A DNA stretch of 64,000 nt from Dendrobates tinctorius (Eukaryota): the NCBI RefSeq assembly GCF_039654945.1, contig NW_027361770.1, positions 21,886,001 to 21,950,000 on the forward strand, in the 5' to 3' direction. Shown here one piece after another: positions 1-11,805 of the stretch (position 1 is the first letter of the stretch; each line of letters starts with the position of its first letter). The notes under the pieces were generated by a model. That model saw nothing but the letters and a program-made list of their open reading frames with translations. It was not told the DNA's origin and ran no database searches. The position numbers and the translations under genes are program-made.

Positions 1-215
1 AGGGTGCCAATACTTTTGTCCGGCCCATTTTTGGAGTTTTGTGTGAAATGATCAATGTTTTGCTTTTTGCTTCATTCTCTTTTGTGTTTTTTCATTTAAG
101 ACAAATTAAATGAAGATAATAATACCAAAGAATTTGTGTTTGCAATCATTTTCAGTAAGAAACTGAATATTATCTGACAGAATTGCAGGGGTGTCAATAC
201 TTTTGGCCATGACTG
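1..215. mobile_element. Terminal IR/DR arm of a Tc1/mariner element; the rest lies upstream of the window
   Basis: Ends ...GGGGTGTCAATACTTTTGGCCATGACTG followed by TA (216-217). An inner direct repeat GGGTGCCAATACTTTTG at 2-18 gives the IR/DR layout. The TA is the one in the 129-bp unit CACTTAGGTC. Confidence 0.85.
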
Positions 216-586
216 TAGGTCACAGCTGTGCCATCGAGCCTGTCACATAGCGCTCAGATATCAGTGGGCCTCACACAATCCAAAAGTGTCCAGTGTCCAA
301 AAGTGTGTGCAGAGATTCAAAATCTCACTTATCCTCTAGTCACTTAGGTCACAGCTGTGCCATCGAGCCTGTCACATAGCGCTCAGATAACAGTTGGCCT
401 CACACAATCCAAAAGTGTCCAGTGTCCAAAAGTGTGTGCAGAGATTCAAAATCTCACTTATCCTCTAGTCACTTAGTTCACAGCTGTGCCATCGAGCCTG
501 TCACATAGCGCTCAGATATTCATTGGGCCTCACACAATCCAAAAGTGTCCAGTGTCCAAAAGTGTGTGCAGAGATTCAAAATCTCC
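216..586. repeat. 129-bp tandem repeat (about 2.9 visible copies) upstream of the hAT transposase
   Basis: TAG(G/T)TCACAGCTGTGCCATCGAGCC recurs at 216, 345 and 474. Confidence 0.95.
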
Positions 587-662
587 CCTGTCCTATAGAC
601 ACCTTGTACCTTGTTTTACATACTATATAGTTTGTTGGATTTTGTCTACATTTCTACCAAAA

Positions 663-3600
663 ATGAGGAAGGCTGGTGGAAGAGGCCGTGGAATTGGGCG
701 GGGGTTGGCAGCTGGTAATGATGGTGTTGGTGGTGATCTGATGGTAGTGGCAAGAGCAAAATAGGACCGAATGCAGGAGGTGTTGAGCCTGCGTCATCGT
801 CTGGCTACATAAGGCCTCGAACGCTTAGTTTTCTAGGAGTTGGCAAACCGCTTTTAAAGCCAGAGCATCAGGAAAAAGTTTTGTCTTACATTGCTGACTC
901 AGCCTCCAGCTCTATCGCCTCCTCTTCTTCAGTTGTAAAAAGTAAAAGCACTGAGTCGTCATTGGAGGCTCATGTTCATGAACCACACCTTTCCTTGTGT
1001 CCTTCACCCCAACCAAGATTGAAGGATGACGCAGGCCATACTACTGATTACTCCATGGAGCTGTTTTCACATACCATGCCTGGATTATCAAGTGAAATGG
1101 TGAATTACCCAGGCCAAGATGAATCTGACATGGAGTGCACTGATGCACAGCCGCTGATGGATGATTCTGCTGGTACATTCACTCAGAGCACTACATTGTC
1201 CTCGCAGTGTACAGAGCCAGATTCTGACCCTGATGAGACTCAGGTGCCCCTTCCCGCACACTATACCACCATACACGGTGACACAGAGGAAGGTGCACAT
1301 GACATAGAAGAGGAGGTGATGGATGACCCAGTTCTTGACCCAGATTGGCATCCATTGGGGGAAGAGGGTGCTGCTTCCAATAGCTCCACAGCAGACATCG
1401 ACATCGCAACAGCTGTTATCTGGCAGGCCTGGAGCACTCCAAAGACAGGTTCCAAACATCAAAAGAGTTGCTGGACAGCTTGTCCAGAGGGTCAAAAGAT
1501 CACAGCGTGCTAGGCCGCAAAATGTCTGCCAAAGTAGGAAGAGTGCAGTGTGGCACATTTTTGACCAAAATCCTCATGATCAGGCCAAGGTTATCTGTAA
1601 GAAGTGCGCAAAGACCTTTAGCCGAGGGAAAAATCTGAAAAATTTGAATACCAGTTGCATGCTTAGACATTTAACCAGCATGCACTTGCAAGCGTGGACA
1701 CAACACCAAACCTCAAGTGCCACATGTGCAACTGATCACAACGAAGGTAGTCAGCAACGCTACATTGTTTCCCCCACTGTAAGCCCACCGGTTAGCACAG
1801 CAGCAAATGTTGAGGTGTCGTTGCAAGGCCACAGCAGTCAGGGAATCCCACTGTTATATCAACGAAAGACTGATTCTAGGCCATCAGAAAGAACACCAAC
1901 TCCATCACCATCATCAACCCTCACTCAGTCCGCCCTGTCCACCGCTACTTCCACCATATGCAGCTCTCAAGTCCAGCTCACCCTCCCAGACACTATGAGT
2001 AGGTCAAGAAAGTACTGAGTCTCTCATCCGCGTACACTGGGTTTGAACGCCCACATTGCCAAACTAATCTCGTTTGAGATGATGCCCTTTCGGTTGGTGG
2101 AAAGCACAGCTTTCCGTGAACTCATGGCCTATGCAGTACCACGCTATGACCTACCCAGTCGCCACTTCTTCTCTCGCAAAGCCATCCCAGCCCTTCACCA
2201 TCATGTGAAAGACCGCAATGTCCATGCACTCAAGCAGTCAGTGAGCGGAAAGGTGCACCTCACTACTGATGCATGGTCCAGTCGGCATGGCCAGGGCCGT
2301 TACGTGTCCATCACTGCGCACTGGGTTAATGTGGTGGATGCAGGGTCCACAGGGGACAGCGGTGGTGGGACAGTGCTGCCTAGCCCACGGTATAGGAAAC
2401 AGTTGGCTGTAGGCGTTCCACCCTCCTCCTCCTCCTCCAGAAGCGAAAGCTCGTCCACAGAGCGCAGTCGTACGAGCACTCCATCTGCAGCTGCCACTGT
2501 TGCACACGATGTGTCCCCCTATCGAGCAGCTAGTGGAAAGTGTCAGCAGGCTGTGTTGCAGATGATGTGTTTGGGCGACAGACATACCGCCGAGGTGCTG
2601 GCCGAGTACTTGAAGCGACAAACTGAGTCATGGCTGGGCAGTGTACATCTTGAGGCAGGCAAGGTAGTTAGTGATAACGGCCATAATTTTGTGGCAGCCA
2701 TAACCCTTTCAAAACTCAGCCACATACCTTGCTTGGCTCACACCTTGAACCTGGTGGTGCAGTGCTTCCTCAAAAATTATCCGGAGTTAACAGCCCTGCT
2801 CCAGAAGGTGCGAAGACTGTGCGCGCACATCCGCCGGTCGCCTGTACACTCCGTTCGTATGCAGAAGCTGCAGCGATTGCTCCACCTTCCCAACCACCGC
2901 CTCATTATCGACATTGCAACAAGGTGGAACTCCACCCTGCACATGGTGGAGCGGCTGTGCGAGCAGAGGCAGGCCATAATGCATTTGTGGGAGGATACAC
3001 GGCCAGGCACTTTGAGAGCAGACATGGAGTTGACAGGTGTGCAGTGGTCGAAGCTGAAAGACCTCTGTAAAGTCCTTCAGTGTTTTGAGGAATGCACACG
3101 GCTGGTAAGCGCAGACGATGCCATCCTAAGCATGAGCATCCCACTTATGCGTCTGCTCATGCAAACTTTGATGCACCTTAAGGAGCAGGCGTCTGCAGCC
3201 AATGTTGATGAGGAGGAAGAGGAGGAGGGAATCCTTGATGACATTCAGCCATTGTCTGCTCAGGGACTTCTCCTGGACGAGGTGGAGGAAGAAGAGGAGG
3301 AGGAGGATGATGATGGGGATGATTACTTAGGGGAGGAGGATGCATCTCATGGGGCAAGTGAAAATGTTGGCGTGGCAAGGTCTGGTACAGGGTTTGTGTG
3401 TGACTGGAGGGATGTGGATTTGCCAGAAAGTGCTCCTCCAACCAGCACTCGCAGTGCATCATTGACACCGGGAACATTGGCCCACATGTCAGATTATGCC
3501 TTGCGGATCCTAAAAAGGGACCCCCGCATTGCCAAAATGATGAACGATGACGACTACTGGTTGGCCAGCATCCTGGATCCACGCTATAAAGGCAAATTAC

Positions 3601-4184
3601 AAAACATCATGCCACAGGAGAACCTTGACCTAATATTGGCTAATAAACAAGCAACTCTGGTAAATCGGTTGCTTGAGGCATTCCCCGCACACAGCAGCGG
3701 TGATGGTTCTCACACGAGCCGTACGGGCCGGGGGCAGCTTGGCAGAGGTGTTCGTGGTGCACACAGCAGAAGTGGCGTTGGAGACAGGGGTTTCATGACA
3801 ATGTTGTGGACTGATTTTTCAAATACCGCTCACACAACTGGTAATACTGCATCGATGGAAAGTGACAGGAGACAGCAGTTGTCAACCATGGTTACAAACT
3901 ACTTTTCCTCCCATATCGATGTTCTCCCACACAGGTCATTCCCCTTTGACTATTGGGCCGCTAAACTGGACACCTGGCCTGAATTGGCCCAATATGCCTT
4001 ACAGGAGCTCGCTTGCCCAGCTGCAAGTGTGCTATCGGAAAGAGTCTTCAGTGCAGCTGGATCAATCCTGACAGAAAAAAGGACCCATCTGTCAACGCAA
4101 AATGTGGATGATCTAACCTTCATTAAAATGAACCATGCATGGGTTTCCAAGGATTTTGTCCCACCTTCCCCTGATGACACATAG
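663..4184 (+). pseudogene. Disrupted ZBED4-like hAT transposase (about 2 frameshifts plus an in-frame stop at 2016-2018)
   Basis: BED finger AVWHIF..CKKC..HLTSMH in ORF 1323-2018. The same frame resumes at 2043-4184 with LTTDAWS, VSDNG, CLAH, TRWNST, LDPRYK and the hATC domain YWAAKLDTWPELAQYALQELACPAASVLSERVFS. N-terminal pieces lie in ORFs 663-764 and 881-1513. Confidence 0.92.
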
Positions 4185-4600
4185 GGTGACAGAAAAATGG
4201 CTTGCTTTGGTCCACCTCTGCCTGGGACTTGACCTATTTCGCCTTTTGCATCAGCTGAATGTCCAACATCAACATATGCCACTTTCTAAAACTCCCTAAC
4301 TGTGCTGCCCCCCCCATGGCCGGGGTCACCACCTAGCGCACGACACCGTGCGAGTGCCGTTGCCCTGGACAGGTGGGTAGGCCGACTCTTGGGCGCGTGC
4401 ACTGGCACAGGGTCCCTCATAGTGCAATCAATTGTCTCTGACGGTGGTGGTGCACACCCGCCGTCAGACACACCGCTGTACTATGAGGGGCCCAGTGCAA
4501 GTACCGACGCCCACGAGTGGGCCCCCCTTGCTTGGGCAGGGCCCCAGCATTTGCAATCTTTACCTCTCCCTGCTCCTCCGCTGTGTAATCTGGGCTGTCA

Positions 4601-6720
4601 AATCCATACTGTGCCTGACACCGTCTGAGCCTGCCTCCTGAGACATATATTTTGAATGTGTACGCTATCCATACATGTTATCCGGGGATACGGTACCCTT
4701 TCTAACCTTTGTGCAATCACGTGCAATCCATACTGGGCCTAACACCGTCTGAGCCTGCCTCCTGAGACATATATTTTGAATGTGTACGCTATCCATACAT
4801 GTTATCCGGGGATACGGTACCCTTTCTAACCTTTGTGCAATCACGTGCAATCCATACTGGGCCTAACACCGTCTGAGCCTGCCTCCTGAGACATATATTT
4901 TGAATGTGTACGCTATCCATACATGTTATCCGGGGATACGGTACCCTTTCTAACCTTTGTGCAATCACGTGCAATCCATACTGGGCCTAACACCGTCTGA
5001 GCCTGCCTCCTGAGACATATATTTTGAATGTGTACGCTATCCATACATGTTATCCGGGGATACGGTACCCTTTCTAACCTTTGTGCAATCACGTGCAATC
5101 CATACTGGGCCTAACACCATCTGAGCCTGCCTCCTGAGACATATATTTTGAATGTGTACGCTATCCATACATGTTATCCGGGGATACGGTACCCTTTCTA
5201 ACCTTTGTGCAATCACGTGCAATCCATACTGGGCCTAACACCGTCTGAGCCTGCCTCCTGAGACATATATTTTGAATGTGTACGCTATCCATACATGTTA
5301 TCCGGGGATACGGTACCCTTTCTAACCTTTGTGCAATCACGTGCAATCCATACTGGGCCTAACACCGTCTGAGCCTGCCTCCTGAGACATATATTTTGAA
5401 TGTGTACGCTATCCATACATGTTATCCGGGGATACGGTACCCTTTCTAACCTTTGTGCAATCACGTGCAATCCATACTGGGCCTAACACCGTCTGAGCCT
5501 GCCTCCTGAGACATATATTTTGAATGTGTACGCTATCCATACATGTTATCCGGGGATACGGTACCCTTTCTAACCTTTGTGCAATCACGTGCAATCCATA
5601 CTGGGCCTAACACCGTCTGAGCCTGCCTCCTGAGACATATATTTTGAATGTGTACGCTATCCATACATGTTATCCGGGGATACGGTACCCTTTCTAACCT
5701 TTGTGCAATCACGTGCAATCCATACTGGGCCTAACACCGTCTGAGCCTGCCTCCTGAGACATATATTTTGAATGTGTACGCTATCCATACATGTTATCCG
5801 GGGATACGGTACCCTTTCTAACCTTTGTGCAATCACGTGCAATCCATACTGGGCCTAACACCGTCTGAGCCTGCCTCCTGAGACATATATTTTGAATGTG
5901 TACGCTATCCATACATGTTATCCGGGGATACGGTACCCTTTCTAACCTTTGTGCAATCACGTGCAATCCATACTGGGCCTAACACCATCTGAGCCTGCCT
6001 CCTGAGACATATATTTTGAATGTGTACGCTATCCATACATGTTATCCGGGGATACGGTACCCTTTCTAACCTTTGTGCAATCACGTGCAATCCATACTGG
6101 GCCTAACACCGTCTGAGCCTGCCTCCTGAGACATATATTTTGAATGTGTACGCTATCCATACATGTTATCCGGGGATACGGTACCCTTTCTAACCTTTGT
6201 GCAATCACGTGCAATCCATACTGGGCCTAACACCATCTGAGCCTGCCTCCTGAGACATATATTTTGAATGTGTACGCTATCCATACATGTTATCCGGGGA
6301 TACGGTACCCTTTCTAACCTTTGTGCAATCACGTGCAATCCATACTGGGCCTAACACCGTCTGAGCCTGCCTCCTGAGACATATATTTTGAATGTGTACG
6401 CTATCCATACATGTTATCCGGGGATACGGTACCCTTTCTAACCTTTGTGCAATCACGTGCAATCCATACTGGGCCTAACACCGTCTGAGCCTGCCTCCTG
6501 AGACATATATTTTGAATGTGTACGCTATCCATACATGTTATCCGGGGATACGGTACCCTTTCTAACCTTTGTGCAATCACGTGCAATCCATACTGGGCCT
6601 AACACCGTCTGAGCCTGCCTCCTGAGACATATATTTTGAATGTGTACGCTATCCATACATGTTATCTGGGGATACCGTACCCTTTCTAACCTTTGTGCAA
6701 TCACGTGTAATCCATACTGG
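4601..6720. repeat. 124-bp tandem array, 17 near-identical units, inside the hAT 3' region
   Basis: CATACTG recurs every 124 bp from 4605 to 6713. Units are identical except a G>A variant at 5119, 5987 and 6235 and degenerate edge units. Confidence 0.98.
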
Positions 6721-6831
6721 GCGTGAGAATGGCTGGCGAGCTGTTAAGCAAGCTACAGCACCTGTGGTTTGCACACGTAAGTTTTTCATTTTTTCAGGAA
6801 TGACGGTTAGGCCTAATTCCGGAACTGCAGT

Positions 6832-7305
6832 TGACCTGCACTTACTGGGAAATCATTGTTCGCGGGTAATAATTGTAATCAGTGATCCCCATCACTAACG
6901 TTGTTCAGCGGGTTATCTGCACCTGTAAGCGACAAACGCTGGCCTTTTCAGTGTAGCGCACATGCAGCCACGGACATGTAAGGGCATGACACACCAGTTA
7001 TTGGCCAATCTCATGTTCCAGAGCCTCACGTGTCCCTCTAGTAAGCCGGACTCGGACCGCGGGGCATGACGGAGTCTCGTTCGTTAACGGAATTAAGCTT
7101 GCAATGTGTGCATCTGTTCTGTATTTGGCATGGTTGAGGTTTCCCAGGTGGAGTCGAATTTAACCGTAGACTCCACTCCTGGTGGTGCCCTTCTGGACAT
7201 TCCTTTAAGGTTCAGCTTTGCAACCATACTGCCCACGTAAAACAAACAATTTGCCTTCATGAACGCTGTTTGGAGGGTCATGACTCGTGGGAATAACGCC
7301 GCCCA
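6832..7305 (-). pseudogene. Diverged 18S rRNA fragment (3'-half region) embedded in the hAT element
   Basis: Collinear matches to the reverse complement of vertebrate 18S, recalled from memory: GCACTTACTGGGAA, GATCCCCATCAC, TCAGTGTAGCGC, CGGACATgTAAGGGCAT, GAGTCTCGTTCGTTAaCGGAATTAA, CTCCACTCCTGGTGGTGCCCTTC, TTCCTTTAAGgTTCAGCTTTGCAACCATACT, GGGAATAACGCCGCC. There are internal deletions. Confidence 0.93.
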
Positions 7306-7409
7306 ATCAGTTAACCTGCTAGAGAGATCCTTCGTTGCTCCCAAGCATGACATCACACTCCCTAGGAGGAAGGTAATGCCACTGTGGCGACCGTACTCCT
7401 GGGGGCGAC

Positions 7410-7700
7410 ACAAGTGCACTGATGCCCAGCCACTGCTCGATGAATCTGCTGGTACATTGACCCAGACCACTACATTCCCCTCGCACGCTACACGGCCTGA
7501 ATCTGACCCTGATGAATCTCAGGTTACCCTTCCCATATACAGTTCCATCTTACACGGTGACAAAGAGGAAGCTGCAGATGAAAGTGCAGGTTCGGCCCAC
7601 CCGCCATCAGACACACCACCGTACTATCAGGGGCCCTGTGCCAGTGCCGTCGCCAACGAGTTGGCCCCCCCTGCTTGCTCAGGATCACAGCACTTGCAAG
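7410..7700 (+). repeat. Internal duplications within the hAT element (copies of about 1134-1290 and about 4455-4555)
   Basis: 7414 GTGCACTGATGCCCAGCCACTGCTCGATGAATCTGCTGGTACATT matches 1135 GTGCACTGATGCACAGCCGCTGATGGATGATTCTGCTGGTACATT. 7598 CACCCGCCATCAGACACACC matches 4455 CACCCGCCGTCAGACACACC. Confidence 0.85.
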
Positions 7701-8711
7701 GTTGAAATACTGTGCAGTGAGATGGAAGATGGGGACGACGAGGAGTCCAGACTAGTACAGGGATTCCCTAGCGAGGAGACTTATTTGATTGTTTTCAATG
7801 TTGGGACAGCAATTTTTGGGGAGCACGTTACTCTGAAGAATGATAGATGGGGCCCACCATACACTGGAACATTCCAAAGGTGGACATCAGACACTGGAGC
7901 AGCATTTACAGGGCCCATTATACACTAGAGCATTAGAAATGGGGCCCATTATGTTTGGAGCATTATTTGGGCCCATAAGACAGTGGAGCTTCATCCATGG
8001 GGACCAACATATACTGTAGCATTACGTGGAGCTCATCATATACTGTTTCAAACATTATATGGGACCAATGATTCTGTATGGAGAAATAGATGGGCCTCGT
8101 CATGAGATGTAAAAAGTGAAGTATTTTTCATTGTACTATACCGCTATTTCTCTGCCGTATCGGAGCATGATGAGTTTTGGTATGTGTTAAAGGGGCTCTC
8201 TTTCGACCAGGGCACATGAAAACCTGGAGCCAGCCCCCCCCCACAACTTTAGCCAAATAACCCCCATTTTTCAGTGCGTAACTTGTATTATGAAGTTAAT
8301 TAAGGTTGACAAGCTTAAGTAAGAAGAATTGATGCTTTTGGCATTCAAATGGGCACTGTAGGTGTGTTTCCTGTCCTCCTCTCACTGCCGACTTTTATTC
8401 CCCATTGACTTACATTGGGTTTCGTGTTTTGGGACGACCCCGACTTTTCCCTATAATCGGACGATCTTGCTCGACCCGACTTTTGGAAAAGTCGGGTTTC
8501 ACGAAACGAAACGCGACCCTAAAAAACCAAAAGTCGCTCAACTCTAGTCAATACCCCTCAAAGGGATAGGAGTCCGCAGGGGTATCAAGGGAAAACCACA
8601 ATGTTTGGCAAAGTCAAAATCCATCAGATTCAAAGCTGCTTCTGAATCAACAAAAGCCTTAGCAGAAAATGTAGACAAGGAGCAGATCAAGGTAACCGCC
8701 AAAAGGAACTT

Positions 8712-11700
8712 GACCTGATACCGTGCGTGTAATTTCGCTGAGACCTGTGAGTTATGTTACAGCGCCTCTGTGAGTTAACAGAGTCCGCTCTGCGCACATC
8801 GGGTGACGTTGAACCTGTGCGCATTATACCGCCATATAGCACGTCTGCCATTAATTGCAGTAGCAGCAGTGTTAACACCTTCTGCACGGTGGACCCCAAG
8901 TGGCGAATGCACTTTATTATTTATTTATTTAGTGCGACCCACCGTTCCTAACATTATACTAGCGCCAGGGTCTGGCTAATAATGGCGGACCAGCAGCAGC
9001 TACAGCTGTACATTCAGCAGCGGGAGGGCAGGTTGGCAGCCCTCGAGAGTTCCACCTTGGCTGCGGTTGCTGCTCAGACACTTGCAGAAGCTGTCTCCCG
9101 GGCGTCCATGTCCACGCCCATGCCGACAATTTCCCGCCTCCTGTTGCCTGATAAATTTTCTTGTGACAGCACCACCTGTAGGGGTTTCGTGAGCCAGTGT
9201 ACTATCCAGCTCGAGTTACTGGCCACATGATTCCCTACAGAGCGGGCTAAGGTGGGGTTTATCGTCTCCCTCCTGTCGGGCAGGGCGTTGGAGTGGGCTA
9301 TGCCACTATGGGAGCGTGATGACCCTGTGGTACTGAGCGCGGCTCAGTTTCTAAAAGCACTTAAGCAGGTCTTTTTGTTTTTGGGCCCCGGGTCACTCAC
9401 GATACTTCTCTCCAGTTACTAGCGTTAACGCAGGGATCCCTGTCGGTCAGTCAGTACGCCGTCTGTTTCCGGACACTGGCTTCCGAGCTCGAGTGGCCTG
9501 ATAAAGCACTCATCCCTGTGTTCTGGGGAGGCTTGGCTGAGCATGTCAAAGATGCTTTATCAACCAGGGAGGTCCCCACAAGTCTGGAGGAGTTGATAGC
9601 GATCTCCACCCGTATTGACCTCCGTTAACGGAGCGCGGGCTGGAGCGTACTCAATTCAGTCAGAAGCTTAGGTCGGCTCCCGACTTCTCTGAATTTCTGG
9701 AACCCTCAGATCTGGAAGTTTTACCTCCTGAGACCATGGACGTGTCTCGTACCGGTCCGAAACCACGTCCGGCAAAGGGCTCCACTTGCTGCTACCTATG
9801 TCAACAGTCGGGCCACCTGGCTAACAGGTGTCCGCAGCGGTTGAAAAATCGTTCACCTCCAGTGGCAGTTGGTGGAGATCTACCTAATATGAAAACTTTC
9901 TCCTCCAAACCGGTATTTCGAGGGATGTTAGATAGTGGACCTTCCACCTGGGAGGTAGAGGTCACAGTGAACTCTGGGGCAGAAGGAAACTTTATGTATT
10001 CAGCCTTCGCTCAAAAGCACACTATTCCACTGGTGCCAGTTCCTCACCCCATGACCGTTAGAGGGGTCAACGGATCTACCTTACCGTCTCAGATTACCCA
10101 CCAAATAGCACCCCTGGGGTTCTCAATCTCCCCGTCTCATCGCAAGATGTTGTCCCTGCTCATTATGCCTAAGGGTATCGACCAGGTGCTTCTCAGACTT
10201 CCCTGGCTCCGTTGCCAACCCCTCATATAGAGTGGTCCTCAGAGAGTATACTGGGCTGGAGCAAGGACTGTGTGGGAAGGTGCATGGGGGGGCAGTGTTC
10301 AAGTAGCCTCTGTGGAGGTGCCCGCGGATCATTCCGTGCCCCTCACTGGGAATCTGAAGTCCATGGTTCCAGTCGTCCCTGAGCCAGTGCCGCCGAGCAA
10401 GACCTTTGTCCCGCCTCACCTGAGGTCCAAGGTTCTTGCATGGGCACACACGTCCAGCCTGGGTGGTCACTTTGGTTACAAGCGGACCACTAAACTCCTG
10501 GCTAGCGCTTATTGTTGGCCGCACAGGGCTCGGGACACTAAAAAATATATTCAGGCATGCGCCTCTTGTGCTCGGAATAGATTCTCTAAACAGAGACCGG
10601 CTCGGTTACTGTATCCCTTGCCGGTGACAGACCGGGCAATGGAGATCCGCACCAGTATGGGTCGCATCCCGCATGTCACTCAAATCTCTAAAATGAGAAT
10701 GAAGACGGTCGCCAACACACATCAGCGCCCCGCTCCAAGTTCTGTTCTGGCGACTTCGCCATCCCTGACGCCTTCCACGTGTCCCTTCTCAAACCTGTTC
10801 AAATGTCCCGGTTTTCCAAGTCATCTGCCGGGGCATCAGACTTGTCTTCGGACCAGCCTGAGGTCTATGCCTCTGTGGGACACAAGGTGGTACTTGGCAA
10901 AAAACTTTATTTGCTGGATTGGAAGGCTCAAGAGGGAGGGGGCCCTAGGAGGGGGGGGTAATGTTAGGCGTCGGATTCCTGCAGCGACACAACAGGAGTC
11001 CAGAGTCTCACATGCTGCTCTGCAGCAAGCCATTCCTGAGGCTAAGTCCCTCTGCCGCTCTACTGAGCATGCTCACAAGATGATCTCCCATTGGAGGTCA
11101 GGAGTTACGTGCTCAGGTCCTTCTCCAGATTTGATTGATCCATCTCAGAGATCTAGAACGTCCCATCAGCGCATGGCTATAAAAGGCCCGCATGGCCGCT
11201 CGGCCATGCGCTAGTATAGACTCTTCTTGCTAGATGTGTGAATGGTGATGGATGTATGATTCTGGTGACTGACTTATTAAGATTCCCCTCCCTCTGATAT
11301 TATGCATGTGGATAGGGAACTACAGAAAGAGTCAGCGCCAATCAGTGGCAAGCCATAGGCCACTGTGCAGAGCGCACCTCTACAAAAGTGTCCGGTGGTG
11401 TCTCATCTCTCATGGCACTATCGCATAGCGACTGTGTCTGCCGCCGCGCTGCATTAAGCAGCACTTACCGGCATCCGCAGTAGCGATGCCGCACGCATGG
11501 TAGGTCTAGACGGACACCGTCCCCTGTCTTGGACCCGTGTCCTGTGACCTGATACTGTGCGTGCAATTTCGCTAAGACCTGTGAGTCTAACAGGCTCGGT
11601 GTTTATGTTAATGTTACAGCGCCTCTGTGAGTTAAGAGAGTCCGCTCTGCGCACATCGGGTGACATTGAACCCGGGCGCATTATACCGCCATATAGCGCG

Positions 11701-11805
11701 TCTACCATTAATTAGCAGCAGTGTTAACACCTTCTGCACGGTGGACCCCAAGCGGCGAACGCACTTTATTATTTATTTATTTAGTGCGTTCCGCCGTTCC
11801 TAACA
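8712..11805 (+). mobile_element. Non-autonomous Gypsy element B (chromovirus-like): truncated 5' LTR 8712-8953, intact 3' LTR 10962-11805
   Basis: 8712-8953 repeats about 11545-11805 and both end CCGTTCCTAACA. The 3' LTR starts TGTTAGG after a polypurine tract (about 10931-10958). Internal gag, CYLCQQSGHLANRC knuckle, protease VNSGAEGNF, integrase HHCC remnant and chromodomain-like KLYLLDWK. No RT motifs seen. Confidence 0.9.
8982..10930 (+). pseudogene. Disrupted gag-protease-(RT/RNase H deleted)-integrase remnant of Gypsy B
   Basis: ORF pieces 8982-9230, 9736-10230, 10270-10640 and 10779-10961 carry retrotransposon gag, CCHC, aspartyl protease, HTSSLGGHFG..CASC and chromodomain-like motifs. 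Confidence 0.85.

Larger units (their letters stand above)
216..8546 (+). mobile_element. hAT (ZBED4-like) DNA transposon; left end outside the window, right TIR at about 8534-8546
   Basis: Contains a BED-finger/DDE/dimerisation transposase. Ends in TCGCTCAACTCTA (reverse complement TAGAGTTGAGCGA) after subterminal GACCCGAC/GTCGGG motifs. Gypsy protease sequence starts abruptly at 8547. Confidence 0.85.

Noticed and set aside
2043-4184. Domesticated host ZBED4 or ZBED1 gene
   Set aside because: It has an upstream in-frame stop and frameshifts, an intact TIR, and is inserted inside a Gypsy element, so it is a transposon copy.
4665-6586. Sixteen near-identical 61-aa minus-strand ORFs, or a CRISPR-like array
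   Set aside because: They are a by-product of the 124-bp repeat. There are no unique spacers and no cas genes, the context is eukaryotic, and I see no similarity to 5S rRNA or tRNA.
6832-7305. Functional 18S rRNA gene or rDNA unit
   Set aside because: It is partial and internally deleted, has substitutions in conserved positions, and has no ITS, 5.8S or 28S nearby.
7093-7470. 125-aa ORF containing GSMVAKLNLKG..RAPPGVE
   Set aside because: This is a spurious translation of the 18S rRNA-derived sequence.
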